Of a stretch of DNA of 37,729 nt, positions 7,732 to 17,291 are shown piece by piece. The number at the start of each line of letters is the position of its first letter. The first letter of the stretch is position 1. Both the position numbers and the translations under genes were made by a program. The notes under the pieces were generated by a model. That model was not told the origin of the DNA, did no database searches, and was given only the letters and a program-made list of their open reading frames with translations. The DNA is from Acidimicrobiia bacterium (GTDB lineage Bacteria > Actinomycetota > Acidimicrobiia > Spongiisociales > CAZKJJ01), in NCBI GenBank assembly GCA_046759765.1, contig JBHICV010000006.1:1-37729 (forward strand), in the 5' to 3' direction.

Positions 7732-8609
7732 CTGCGTTCCCGGACGGACGGCGCCTCGACGTCGGCGAGGTCTCGCTCCACGTCTACGAGGCTGGTGAGG
7801 GTCCCGGCGTCGTGTTCGTGCACGGCTTCCCGGAGCTGGCCTACTCATGGCGTCACCAGCTCCCGGCCCTGGCCGAGGCGGGGCGGCGGGCGATCGCCTT
7901 CGATCTGCGAGGTTACGGCCGATCGTCGAAACCCGAAGCGGTGGAGGCCTACTCGCTCGAGAGCCTCGTCGGCGACGTGATAGGCCTCCTCGACTCTCTC
8001 GGCCTCGACCGTGTCGCCCTAGTGGGACACGACTGGGGAAGCATCGTCCTGTGGAGCACCGTCGTCCTCCACCCCGATCGGGTTGCGTCCGCCGTGAGCC
8101 TCAACGTCCCGTATCGCGGCTGGTGCTGTGGTTTTCCCAATACCCAGATCATCGAGAAGCAACTCGCTGACCGGTTCTCCTATGTCCTGTCCTTTCAGGA
8201 GGCGGGCCGCCCCGAGAAGTCGTTCGAGAAAGACCCCGCCGGCTGGCTCGGACGTATCTACCGCGGCGTCGCCCGGGAGCCTGACTTCATGACCGACGAC
8301 GAGTTCGCGGTCTACCTCGATGCGTTCGCGGAAGGCGGAATCTCGGGACCGATCAACTACTACCGCAACATCGATGCCAATTGGGCCGCCACGGCCTACC
8401 TGGCTGACCGGTCCATCGAAGCACCGACCTTGGTCATCGCAGCCGACTCGGATCCGATCCTCCCGGTGACTCTGACCGAGGGCATGGACCGCTGGGTGAA
8501 GGATCTCCGAGTGGAGGTCGTGGAGTACTGCGGCCACTGGACCCAGCAGGAGCAGCCCGAACGGGTCAACGAGCTGCTGGTGGAGTTCTTCGGATCAATT
8601 GGCTCGTAG
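7728..8609 (+). CDS. Alpha/beta hydrolase, epoxide hydrolase-like
   Basis: HGFPE..YSWRHQ, DLRGYG, GHDWG (Asp nucleophile), NYYR and GHWTQQE. The typical N-terminal LHVYEAGEGP lies upstream of GTG 7812, and the likely start is CTG 7728 overlapping the upstream TGA. Confidence 0.88.
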   Translation: MTAFPDGRRLDVGEVSLHVYEAGEGPGVVFVHGFPELAYSWRHQLPALAEAGRRAIAFDLRGYGRSSKPEAVEAYSLESLVGDVIGLLDSLGLDRVALVGHDWGSIVLWSTVVLHPDRVASAVSLNVPYRGWCCGFPNTQIIEKQLADRFSYVLSFQEAGRPEKSFEKDPAGWLGRIYRGVAREPDFMTDDEFAVYLDAFAEGGISGPINYYRNIDANWAATAYLADRSIEAPTLVIAADSDPILPVTLTEGMDRWVKDLRVEVVEYCGHWTQQEQPERVNELLVEFFGSIGS

Positions 8610-8658
8610 CCCGTCAGTCGGTCGGCGCCGAGCGGCGTCTCAACCGCAGTATCCGGAG

Positions 8659-9444
8659 CTAGCCCTCCTCGACGCTCCGGAAGTCTGGCTTCCGCTTCTC
8701 GGCAAAAGCGGTCACGCCCTCCATGTTCTCGGGCGATCCGCCCAGCCGACCCTGCATATCGGCCTCGGCGGCAAAGGCCGTGGCAAAGTCCGAGCCGGTT
8801 GCATCGCGTAGCAGCTTGCGCGTGGCGACTAGGGCAGTGGTGGGTCCGTCCGCGAGCTCTGCCGCCCACTCCTGTGCCCGGCCGGCCAGCTCATCAGCTG
8901 CCGAGAGACGGTGAGCGAGCCCGATCTCGACCGCTTCTGTTGCCGAGACCCGACGGTTGGACATCGTGATTTCAGTTGCCCGCGCCAGGCCGACCACCTG
9001 GGGAAGCAGCCAGGTCGAGCCGGAGTCCGGTACCAGGCCGATGCCAATGAAGGCCGATACAAAATAGGCGTCATCGGACATGATCCGGAGGTCGGTGGCG
9101 AGAGCGATACCCATCCCCGCTCCGGCCACCACGCCGTTGAGCGCCGCGATAGTCGGGACCTGCGCATCGAGTATCGCTTCGATTACGGGGTGAAACACAC
9201 CCACCAGCTCCCGCGCGAGGTCGAGATTCTGTTGGTCTAGAGCGTCCTTGAACATGGCGAGGTCGGCGCCCGCGCAGAACGCTTTGCCTGATCCTGTGAT
9301 TACAGCCGCCCGTGCTTCGTTGCCCGCTCGCTCGATGCCTTGAATCAACTCGGTTGCCAGTTCGTTGTTGATCGCGTTGAAAACGTCGGGGCGGTCGAGC
9401 GTTATCCATGCCACGTCGCCGCGCTGGGTATAGGAAACGGCCAT
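8659..9444 (-). CDS. paaG: Enoyl-CoA hydratase/isomerase, PaaG-like (epoxyphenylacetyl-CoA isomerase)
   Basis: FCAGADL, NGVVAGAG..IALATD, F..IGLVPDSG.TW.LP and EGV.AF.EKRKP. It sits next to the paa genes. Confidence 0.78.
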   Translation of the reverse strand: MAVSYTQRGDVAWITLDRPDVFNAINNELATELIQGIERAGNEARAAVITGSGKAFCAGADLAMFKDALDQQNLDLARELVGVFHPVIEAILDAQVPTIAALNGVVAGAGMGIALATDLRIMSDDAYFVSAFIGIGLVPDSGSTWLLPQVVGLARATEITMSNRRVSATEAVEIGLAHRLSAADELAGRAQEWAAELADGPTTALVATRKLLRDATGSDFATAFAAEADMQGRLGGSPENMEGVTAFAEKRKPDFRSVEEG

Positions 9445-9483
9445 CGCTCTCCTGGTCGGTCGAGGTGAGGCTACGCTGCCCGC

Positions 9484-10398
9484 GTGTCGATCGTCGACCC
9501 TGACTGGCCGCGTGCCGACGAGTGGCTGGCCTCGACCTCGGAGGAACCGGCACTGGCGGTCGTCGGGGTTCCGTCGTCTTCATCCTCGCTGGTGCCGTCG
9601 CATGCGTTCGAGACGCCTACAACCTTCCGAAAAGCCCTGACCGGCTTCTCCACCTATCACAGTGAGCTCGATCTGGACGTTGGCGCACTGCCGGTTACCG
9701 ATCTCGGCGACTGGGACGTCGCCGGCCTCGATCCTGACTCGGCCCGCGACGCCATAGGGTCGTTGGCCGCAGCCCTCCCCCGAGGACCTGTTTACGCTTT
9801 CCTCGGCGGAGACAACGCCATCACGCTGCCTCTGGTTACGGGCCTGGCCGGCGACCGGCTCGACCGAGTCAGCGTCCTGACGCTTGATGCGCATCACGAT
9901 GTCAGAACCACGCTCAGTGGTCCGAGCAACGGCTCGCCTATCAGAGGACTGATCGAGGCCGGGCTTCCCGGCCAGCACGTAGCGCAAGTGGGTATACATT
10001 CGTTCGCCAATTCCGCTGAGTACCGTGCCTTCTGCGAGGACCAGGGGTTCTTCATAGTGACAATGGACACGATCTCGGATTGGGGAGTCCCTGACGCAGT
10101 CGAAGTCGCACTCGATCACCTCAGCCAACGAAGCGACTGGATCTACGTCGACATCGATCTCGACGTGTTGGATCGGGCATACGCTCCCGCCTGCCCGGGA
10201 TCGCGGCCGGGGGGTCTGACCCCACGCCAGCTCGCCGAGGCGGCCCGTATTTGCGGCCGTCACCCAAAGGTCCAGGCGGCTGATCTGGTCGAGGTAGATA
10301 GTCCCGCGGATCGGGACGGGATCACGGTGATGGCGATGGCACACACTTTCCTCTCCTTCTCGGCCGGGCTTGCCGACCGAGCCGGGAGCCAAGAGTGA
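9484..10398 (+). CDS. hutG: Formimidoylglutamase (arginase/ureohydrolase family)
   Basis: GGDNAIT, DAHHD, NGSP, DIDLDVLD and PGG motifs. First gene of the hut operon. Confidence 0.85.
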   Translation: MSIVDPDWPRADEWLASTSEEPALAVVGVPSSSSSLVPSHAFETPTTFRKALTGFSTYHSELDLDVGALPVTDLGDWDVAGLDPDSARDAIGSLAAALPRGPVYAFLGGDNAITLPLVTGLAGDRLDRVSVLTLDAHHDVRTTLSGPSNGSPIRGLIEAGLPGQHVAQVGIHSFANSAEYRAFCEDQGFFIVTMDTISDWGVPDAVEVALDHLSQRSDWIYVDIDLDVLDRAYAPACPGSRPGGLTPRQLAEAARICGRHPKVQAADLVEVDSPADRDGITVMAMAHTFLSFSAGLADRAGSQE

Positions 10399-11921
10399 CG
10401 ACCGTCACGCTCGACGGTGGGCCCCTGACAAGATCGGAAGTAGTCGAGGTTGCCTATGGGCGAGCGGATGTCGTTCCGGACGCCAAGCTAACCGACCGAA
10501 TGAGCGCCTCGCGTTCCGTGGTCGAAAACGCCGTAGAAGCCGGCCAGATCATCTATGGCATCACTACGGGCTTCGGCGCTCTCTCCAATACCGCGGTCGA
10601 TCCGGATCAGGCCGAAGCGCTGCAAGTGTCGCTGCTGCGGAGCCATGCTGGAGGCGTCGGCGACCCGCTCCCGGACGAACTCGTACGTGGAATGCTTCTC
10701 CTTCGGGCCCGGACGTTGGCACAGGGGTACTCAGGCGTGCGGCCGGCGCTGGTGGAGCGCTACCTCGACCTCTTGCAGTTTGGGTTGCTCCCCGTCGTCC
10801 CATCGCAGGGTTCAGTCGGTGCATCGGGCGATCTGGCGCCATTCGCCCACTTGGCCTTGCCTCTCATCGGCGAGGGTTTTCTCAAGAGTGCCGGGAAGGC
10901 GAGGCCTTCGTCCGAGGTCCTACAGGATCACGGCCTGGATCCCCTGGTTCTAGGAGCCAAAGAGGGTCTTGCTCTTCTCAACGGCACCGAAGGGATGCTG
11001 ACTTTCGGGGTGCTCGGGTTGCATCGGGCCGAACTCCTCGCGCAGGCCGCCGATGCCGCGGCCGCGTGCTCCGTCGACGCACTGCAGGCCAGTAGCCGTC
11101 CCTTCCGAGCTGAAGTCCATCAGCTCCGCCCTCATCCGGGTCAAGGGGCCTCCGCGGCTCTGATCGCGGCCTTGCTTGTCGGCTCGGAGATAGAAGCCGC
11201 GCATCGCGACGATTTCGTCCATGCCGTGCAGGACGCCTACAGCCTGCGTTGTGCGCCTCAAGTGCATGGCGCTGTCCGCGACACCAATGACTTCGCGGCG
11301 ACGGTCTTCGACCGCGAGCTGGGATCTGTGGTCGACAACCCCGTCGTGCTTCCAGAAACGGCCGAGATCATCTCGGCCGGCAACTTTCATGGGCAGCCAC
11401 TGGCATTTGCGCTCGACTTCCTGGCCATCGCAGTCACGGAGCTCTCGTCGATCTCGGAGCGCCGAACCGACCGGCTCTTAGACCCCGAGCGCTCGGATGG
11501 CCTGCCGCCTTTTCTGGCCGCCTCTCCGGGAGTCGAGTCCGGCTACATGCTGGCGCAGTACACAGCCGCCGCTCTCGTGGCCGAGAACCGGGTCCTTTCA
11601 CATCCTGCCTCCGTCGAATCGATACCGACCTCGGGAAGTCAGGAAGACCATGTCTCCATGGGATGGGGGGCCGGCCGGAAACTATGGGATGTGTTGGAAA
11701 ACGCGGAGAGGGTCGTAGCCATCGAGCTCCTGTGCGCGGCGCAGGGACTCGATTACCGGGCACCGCGGAAACCGGGAGAAGGGGTGAGCAGAGTTCATGC
11801 CGCGGTTCGGGCCCAGGTCCCCACGCTGAGCAGCGATCGGATTATCGCTCCCGAGATCGAGACGGTGGCGGAAATGATCCGGACCGGGGAAATAGCAACC
11901 GCGGCGGTGCCGGCCAAATGA
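10395..11921 (+). CDS. hutH: Histidine ammonia-lyase
   Basis: [19 protein letters not shown] (MIO-forming ASG), [17 protein letters not shown] and QEDHVSMG. Confidence 0.96.
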   Translation: MTTVTLDGGPLTRSEVVEVAYGRADVVPDAKLTDRMSASRSVVENAVEAGQIIYGITTGFGALSNTAVDPDQAEALQVSLLRSHAGGVGDPLPDELVRGMLLLRARTLAQGYSGVRPALVERYLDLLQFGLLPVVPSQGSVGASGDLAPFAHLALPLIGEGFLKSAGKARPSSEVLQDHGLDPLVLGAKEGLALLNGTEGMLTFGVLGLHRAELLAQAADAAAACSVDALQASSRPFRAEVHQLRPHPGQGASAALIAALLVGSEIEAAHRDDFVHAVQDAYSLRCAPQVHGAVRDTNDFAATVFDRELGSVVDNPVVLPETAEIISAGNFHGQPLAFALDFLAIAVTELSSISERRTDRLLDPERSDGLPPFLAASPGVESGYMLAQYTAAALVAENRVLSHPASVESIPTSGSQEDHVSMGWGAGRKLWDVLENAERVVAIELLCAAQGLDYRAPRKPGEGVSRVHAAVRAQVPTLSSDRIIAPEIETVAEMIRTGEIATAAVPAK

Positions 11922-13573
11922 CCCCTCGCACCGTCCGGGCTCCCCGGGGTTCTGAGCTAAGTACGAAGGGATGGCTACAGGAGGCTGCGCTCCGCTGTCT
12001 CATGAACAACCTCGATCCTGATGTGGCCGAGAACCCCGATGACCTGGTCGTTTATGGCGGGAAGGGTAAGGCGGCTCGAGACTGGACCGCGTTTGAGGCC
12101 ATCGTCAGAAGCTTGGAACAGCTCGAAGCTGATGAGACGCTCCTGGTGCAGTCGGGCAAGCCGGTCGGCGTGTTTCGCACTCACGACATGGCCCCGAGGG
12201 TGCTCATTGCCAACAGCCTGCTAGTCCCTGAGTGGGCGACCCTCGAGCACTTCTGGGAGCTGGAAGCGGCGGGCCTGATCATGTACGGGCAGATGACCGC
12301 CGGCTCCTGGATCTACATCGGTACCCAGGGAATCCTGCAGGGCACCTACCAGACGTTCGCCGCTATTGCCGACCTTCGCTTCGGTGGAACACTCCGCGGG
12401 ACGCTGACTTTGACGGCGGGCCTGGGCGGCATGGGCGGAGCGCAGCCCTTGGCTGTGACGATGAACGAAGGAGTAGCTCTGGTGGTCGAGGTCGATCCGG
12501 AGCGGATCCGGCGCCGAATCGAAACCGGCTATCTCGATGCCCGAGCGGACTCACTCGAAGAAGCCGTGCGGCGCGCGATGGCCGCCAAGAAGAAGGCGGA
12601 ATCTCTGTCGATCGGGCTGGAAGGCAATGCCGCGGCTGTCTTCCCGGAGCTTCTCCGACGCGGCCTCGAGGTGGACATCGTCACCGATCAGACGTCCGCC
12701 CACGACCCGCTCAACGGCTACGTGCCGGATGGCTACACGCCCGACGACGCGGTCGAGCTCCGGGAGAAGAAACCTCAGCAACATGTGGAGGAAGCGCGGA
12801 CCTCGATGGCGCGTCACTGCGAGGCCATGGTCGGTTTTCTCGACGCCGGCGCCGAGGTGTTCGACTACGGCAACAACCTGCGAGGCGAAGCCACGCTGGG
12901 CGGATTTGACCGGGCGTTTGCCTACCCGGGATTCGTGCCCGCCTACATCCGGCCTCTCTTCTGTGAGGGCATGGGACCGTTTCGATGGATTGCGCTGTCG
13001 GGAGACCCCGCCGACCTAGCCGCGACAGACCGCGCCGTCGCGGACCTCTTTCCTGAGAACCGAACTCTTCACCGCTGGCTCGAAATGGCAGCCGATCGCG
13101 TCCAGCTACAAGGTCTCCCCGCCCGAATCTGCTGGCTCGGCTACGGTGAACGACACCTGGCCGGCCTCGCCTTCAACGACCTCGTCGCAGGCGGGGAGGT
13201 GTCAGCGCCGATCGTGATCGGGCGAGATCACCTCGACAGCGGCTCGGTCGCTTCCCCGTATCGAGAGACGGAGTCGATGCTCGATGGAAGTGACGCCATC
13301 GCCGACTGGCCGATTCTCAACGCCCTCTTGAACACGGCGTCGGGCGCGGCGTGGGTGGCTGTCCATCACGGCGGTGGGGTGGGGATCGGCAAGTCAATTC
13401 ACGCCGGCGCGCAGGTGGTGGCGGATGGAACCGACCAAGGCTCGGTGAGGCTGGAGCGCGTGCTGACCAACGATCCGGGTACGGGCGTTATGAGACACGT
13501 CGACGCCGGTTACGAACGGGCGATCGAAGTGGCTAGAGCCCGAGGCGTTCGCATTCCAATGCTCGAGAGCTAG
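11918..13573 (+). CDS. hutU: Urocanate hydratase
   Basis: [41 protein letters not shown] and HHGGGVG. The real start is ATG 11918 (ATGA overlap). Confidence 0.97.
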   Translation: MTPRTVRAPRGSELSTKGWLQEAALRCLMNNLDPDVAENPDDLVVYGGKGKAARDWTAFEAIVRSLEQLEADETLLVQSGKPVGVFRTHDMAPRVLIANSLLVPEWATLEHFWELEAAGLIMYGQMTAGSWIYIGTQGILQGTYQTFAAIADLRFGGTLRGTLTLTAGLGGMGGAQPLAVTMNEGVALVVEVDPERIRRRIETGYLDARADSLEEAVRRAMAAKKKAESLSIGLEGNAAAVFPELLRRGLEVDIVTDQTSAHDPLNGYVPDGYTPDDAVELREKKPQQHVEEARTSMARHCEAMVGFLDAGAEVFDYGNNLRGEATLGGFDRAFAYPGFVPAYIRPLFCEGMGPFRWIALSGDPADLAATDRAVADLFPENRTLHRWLEMAADRVQLQGLPARICWLGYGERHLAGLAFNDLVAGGEVSAPIVIGRDHLDSGSVASPYRETESMLDGSDAIADWPILNALLNTASGAAWVAVHHGGGVGIGKSIHAGAQVVADGTDQGSVRLERVLTNDPGTGVMRHVDAGYERAIEVARARGVRIPMLES

Positions 13574-13575
13574 CC

Positions 13576-14931
13576 GTGGCACGGCTGGTTTGTTCCTTCT
13601 GCGGCAAGAGCGAGGCTGAGGTCCGCAGCCTCGTCGCCGGTCCCAAAGGCGTGGCCATCTGCAACGAGTGCGTCGGGGTGGTATCCGAGATCAACGCGGC
13701 CGATCTCACGTACGGCGGAGACATACTCCTGACCGGGATCTCGAGCCTCGTAACCAATGACACACGCGTCCCAGGACTGGTCGGGGAGATCCCTGATGCG
13801 TCGGTAGCCGTACGAGGCGGAAAGGTTCGATGGGCCGGACCCGAGAGCACCTTGCCGCATCGCTACCGAGAGGAGCTACCCCCGCTTGATTGTGGCGGCC
13901 GGGCGGTGATCCCAGGTTTCGTGGACTCGCACACCCACCTGGCGTTCGCGGGCGATCGCGCCGATGAGTTCTCGGAGCGTATGGCGGGCGAGGACTACGA
14001 GGCGATCCTGGCGGCGGGCGGCGGGATTCTCTCGACCGTCCGTGCCACCAGGGAGTCCGCCTTCTCGGACCTGGTCGCGGAGGTTGCCGGCCGAGCCCGA
14101 AGAATGCTCCAGCACGGGACGACGACCGTAGAGATCAAATCGGGTTATGGACTCGAGCTGACCTCCGAGCAGAAGCAGCTCCGGGCGGCGGCTGAAGTCC
14201 AGGAAGAAGTGCCGATAGACGTCGTCACCACGTTCTTGGGCGCTCACGTGGTCCCACCCGAGTACGAGACCGACCGGAGCGGTTACTTGAGGCTGCTCAC
14301 CGAAGAGCTGATACCAGCGTGCGCGCCTCTCGCTGTTTATTGCGACGTGTTCTGCGACCGCGGTGCCTTTTCGGTCGCCGAGGCACGTCGGGTCCTGGCC
14401 GCGGCAACGCGTCACGGCATGCGACTGCGGATGCACGCCAATCAGCTCGGGCCAACCGGCGGAGTCGGGCTGGCGGCCGAGCTAAAAGCGGTATCTGCGG
14501 ACCACCTCGACCATATAACGCCGACGGAGGCAGCGGCTCTGGCCGATTCCGGCACCGTGGCGGTCTTGCTCCCGGCGGTGTCAATGTCGATGCGGACCCC
14601 GGCACCTCCCGGGCCGATGCTGCTCGATGCCGGAGTAACCGTGGCGCTTGCCACCGACTGCAATCCCGGAACCGCGTACGTGGAGTCGATGCAGCTGGTG
14701 GTGTCCTTGGCCGTGCTCGAGGGCGCCTTCACTCCCGATCAGGCGCTCTGGTCGGCCACACGCGGAGGGGCGCTCTCGCTCGAGGAGGGCGATAAAGGTT
14801 GGATCGGCAAGGGGTCCGTGGCAGACCTCGTTGTCCTCGACGCTCCGTCCCATGTCCATCTCGCCTACCGGCCGGGCGGCAACCTCGCTTGGAAGGTTCT
14901 GAAGGAAGGGACGGTGGTTTCAGAACAGTGA
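13576..14931 (+). CDS. hutI: Imidazolonepropionase with an N-terminal ClpX-type C4 zinc finger
   Basis: PGFVDSHTH, GGGI.STV, EIKSGYG, SADHL and ATDCNPG. The N-terminus reads CSFCGK...LVAGP..VAICNECV. Confidence 0.93.
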   Translation: MARLVCSFCGKSEAEVRSLVAGPKGVAICNECVGVVSEINAADLTYGGDILLTGISSLVTNDTRVPGLVGEIPDASVAVRGGKVRWAGPESTLPHRYREELPPLDCGGRAVIPGFVDSHTHLAFAGDRADEFSERMAGEDYEAILAAGGGILSTVRATRESAFSDLVAEVAGRARRMLQHGTTTVEIKSGYGLELTSEQKQLRAAAEVQEEVPIDVVTTFLGAHVVPPEYETDRSGYLRLLTEELIPACAPLAVYCDVFCDRGAFSVAEARRVLAAATRHGMRLRMHANQLGPTGGVGLAAELKAVSADHLDHITPTEAAALADSGTVAVLLPAVSMSMRTPAPPGPMLLDAGVTVALATDCNPGTAYVESMQLVVSLAVLEGAFTPDQALWSATRGGALSLEEGDKGWIGKGSVADLVVLDAPSHVHLAYRPGGNLAWKVLKEGTVVSEQ

Positions 14932-14957
14932 ATCCGGTACCGAACGCAAACGTGCCG

Positions 14958-15016
14958 GACCCGGCCCTCCCCCCGGCTAGGTGGGGGGAGGTGGCCCGAA
15001 GGGCCAGAGGGGGGTC
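14958..15016. repeat. Double-hairpin GC-rich intergenic element
   Basis: CCTCCCCCC-N8-GGGGGGAGG (14966-14991) is followed directly by TGGCCC-GAA-GGGCCA (14992-15006) and a G-tract. Confidence 0.55.
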
Positions 15017-15751
15017 TTGACCGCCACCGCCTTCATCGCCGGCGTCGCTCCCGCCGTTGCGTGGATGGGGCTCTTCTGGTGGTGGGATCGCCACGACCGC
15101 GAGCCGCTGCGGCTGATTCTCGTCTTGTTTCTGGTGGGCGCGATCCCCGTTGGCTTTCTGGCCGGGTTCGTTAACTCGCGGCTAGCGGCCGCCGGTCTCA
15201 GCCTGTTCGTGATGGCCGTGATCGTCGCCCCGATTGGGGAGGAGAGCCTCAAGTACCTCGGCGCCAAGATAACCGTGCGCAAGTCGCGCGCCTTTGACGA
15301 GCCGGTTGATGGGATGGTTTACGGCACGGCCGTGGGACTCGGCTTCGCGGCGGCGGAGAACATCGGCTACCTCGTTTGGACGGCGATGCAGGTCACCGGG
15401 AGAGTGGACCTGATCCCCGAGTGCGTGGGACGAACACCCGAAGAGTGCGCCTTGATCCTCGTGCTTCCGATTCGGGCGATAGGAACGACGTTGGTCCATG
15501 GACTGGCCTCCGGACTCGCCGGCTTCACGCTCAGCAAACGCCGATTCGTCGGAGTGATATCCCTGCCCTACGCCCGACTTCCAGGTCTGCTAGCTGCAAT
15601 CGTGTTGCACTCCGCCTGGAACCTCACCTCCGGGCTCGGTCAGCCGTCGCCCCTTCTCATTGCGGCGCTGGGAGCGACTGCCTACGCAACGGTGTTCAAG
15701 GCCTGCCTGCGAATCTCGCCCCACGCGGTCGCCCGCCTGAAGTCGCGATGA
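15017..15751 (+). CDS. PrsW-family intramembrane protease
   Basis: DR..REP, AP..EESLK, DEPVDGMVYG..VGLGFA..EN, then H and HSAWN motifs. TTG 15017 is preferred as start because 14981 lies inside the hairpin element. Confidence 0.88.
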   Translation: MTATAFIAGVAPAVAWMGLFWWWDRHDREPLRLILVLFLVGAIPVGFLAGFVNSRLAAAGLSLFVMAVIVAPIGEESLKYLGAKITVRKSRAFDEPVDGMVYGTAVGLGFAAAENIGYLVWTAMQVTGRVDLIPECVGRTPEECALILVLPIRAIGTTLVHGLASGLAGFTLSKRRFVGVISLPYARLPGLLAAIVLHSAWNLTSGLGQPSPLLIAALGATAYATVFKACLRISPHAVARLKSR

Positions 15752-15809
15752 CTGGCACAGCACATCCTGGCTGAGGTGAGCCCGTAATCCGCTGCCAGTA
15801 TTGAGTCTT

Positions 15810-16607
15810 ATGCGACCTTTCTTTTCACAGGAGCACCCGATTGCCATGTCGCATCGGGGCGGTGCCCAGGTATGGCCTGAGAACACGATGCAGGCCTTCG
15901 GGCAGTCCCATGACCTGGGCTATCGCTTCTTCGAGACCGACCTTCATCTATCGCGTGATGGGGTAGTGGTCCTGATGCACGACCACACCCTCGAGCGGAC
16001 CACAGACGGTGGCGGCAACGTCTGGGATCGCACTGTCTCCGAGCTGCGGGAACTCGATGCGGGCTATTGGTTCCGGCCCGAGGACGGCTACCCGTTCCGC
16101 GGCAACGGCATGAAGATTCCAACCCTCGAGGAGCTGCTCACCACCCTGACGGACTCCTTCTTCACGCTGGAAATGAAGCTGAGCCTGGCCGAGCCGGTCG
16201 ATGCCCTGCTTCGACGGCTGGACGTCTGGGATCGCGTGGTTGTAGCCGGATACCAAGATCGGTGGATACGCGGGTTTCGCCGCGGCACCGGAGGCCGCGT
16301 TCCCACCTCTGCCGCTCGCAGTGAAATCGCCGTTTTCTGGGCCGCCTCACGTCTCGGCAGGGGTCTCCGCCTGGCCGCGGCCGCCCTGCAGGTGCCTCCG
16401 ACGCATCGGGGACTGAGGATCCTCGATAGCGGCTTCGTTGCCGCCGCACACGCGGTTGGTAAACAGGTTCACGCCTGGACCATCGATGATCCGACGGAGA
16501 TGGATTACCTTCTCGACCTTGGGATAGATGGAATCATGACCGATCGACCCGACCTCCTCAAAGAGGTGCTGATGAAGCGGGGCAAGGGAGGCCCGTGGAA
16601 TGGCTGA
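15810..16607 (+). CDS. Glycerophosphodiester phosphodiesterase
   Basis: SHRGG...PENT, ETD..LSRDG..V.MHD.TL.RTT, IPTLEE, HAWTID and GIDGIMTDRP. Confidence 0.92.
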   Translation: MRPFFSQEHPIAMSHRGGAQVWPENTMQAFGQSHDLGYRFFETDLHLSRDGVVVLMHDHTLERTTDGGGNVWDRTVSELRELDAGYWFRPEDGYPFRGNGMKIPTLEELLTTLTDSFFTLEMKLSLAEPVDALLRRLDVWDRVVVAGYQDRWIRGFRRGTGGRVPTSAARSEIAVFWAASRLGRGLRLAAAALQVPPTHRGLRILDSGFVAAAHAVGKQVHAWTIDDPTEMDYLLDLGIDGIMTDRPDLLKEVLMKRGKGGPWNG

Positions 16608-17160
16608 GCTCGGACGGATCGTGAAGCTGCAGATCCAGACGGATTTGCTGGCTCGCGACCACTACGACCCCGCGCCTCTGTATGAGACGGAGCGCCTTCT
16701 GCTGACCCCGTCCGGGGCTTTGGCGTGGTGTGACGGAGGCTGGACCGTCGACTCTCACCATCGGGACTTTCCGGGTCGGCGCTACTGGAACCAGGACCGT
16801 GCTCTCTCGGTCGGGTTCACGTCCCACTATGAGGCCATGGCCGCCCACTTCGGCCGGGCGCCGCTCGGCTGCGCGGGAGAGAACGTGACCATCGAAGCCG
16901 ACCACCAGATTTCCCCCGAGGAGCTCTTGAATGGGCTGGTGATCGAGGCCGACGGGAGGCGGGTCGAGCTCGGGGGCCTGAGAATCGCTCAGCCTTGCGT
17001 CCCCTTCACCGAGTTCATGCTCGGCGCGCCGACCGACAACGCGCAGGTCGAGGTCCACCGCGACTTCCTCCGGGGCGGAATGCGGGGCTTCGTCACCGGG
17101 CTCGACCACCTATCGGAGCCGACCGAGATCCGGGAGGGGGACAGGGTCTCGACGCGGTGA
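16600..17160 (+). CDS. MOSC-domain protein
   Basis: RALS, G.AGENVTI, PC motif, G.RGF and IREGD.V. Confidence 0.75.
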   Translation: MAELGRIVKLQIQTDLLARDHYDPAPLYETERLLLTPSGALAWCDGGWTVDSHHRDFPGRRYWNQDRALSVGFTSHYEAMAAHFGRAPLGCAGENVTIEADHQISPEELLNGLVIEADGRRVELGGLRIAQPCVPFTEFMLGAPTDNAQVEVHRDFLRGGMRGFVTGLDHLSEPTEIREGDRVSTR

Positions 17161-17165
17161 GTCGG

Positions 17166-17272
17166 TTTTGGTGACGCCTACTCACATATGGGGTGGATAA
17201 GCGTCACCAAAACTGACAGCCCTTGTTTTGGTGACGCCTACGCACATATACGGTGGATTGCCGTCACCAAAA
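17166..17272 (+). repeat. Two tandem copies (17166-17212 and 17226-17272) of the 47-bp palindromic element
   Basis: TTTTGGTGACG...CGTCACCAAAA. The copies are 41/47 identical with a 60-bp period and lie between convergent genes. Confidence 0.9.
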
Positions 17273-17291
17273 CGGTGTTGGCCCGGGGGAG

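Noticed and set aside
11663..11917. Long N-terminal extensions of hutU (also paaD from 5043, tetR from 5561, tadA from 21688)
   Set aside because: They overlap upstream genes. Coupled starts at 11918, 5199, 5666 and 21817/21823 fit the families better.
13576..13700. A clpX gene or clpX pseudogene
   Set aside because: Only the zinc-finger domain is present, in frame with HutI, and no AAA+ remnant is visible.
17166..17272. Possible CRISPR mini-array
   Set aside because: There are only two degenerate 47-bp units separated by 13 nt, no cas genes, and a third copy is dispersed and inverted. This fits a REP-like repeat.
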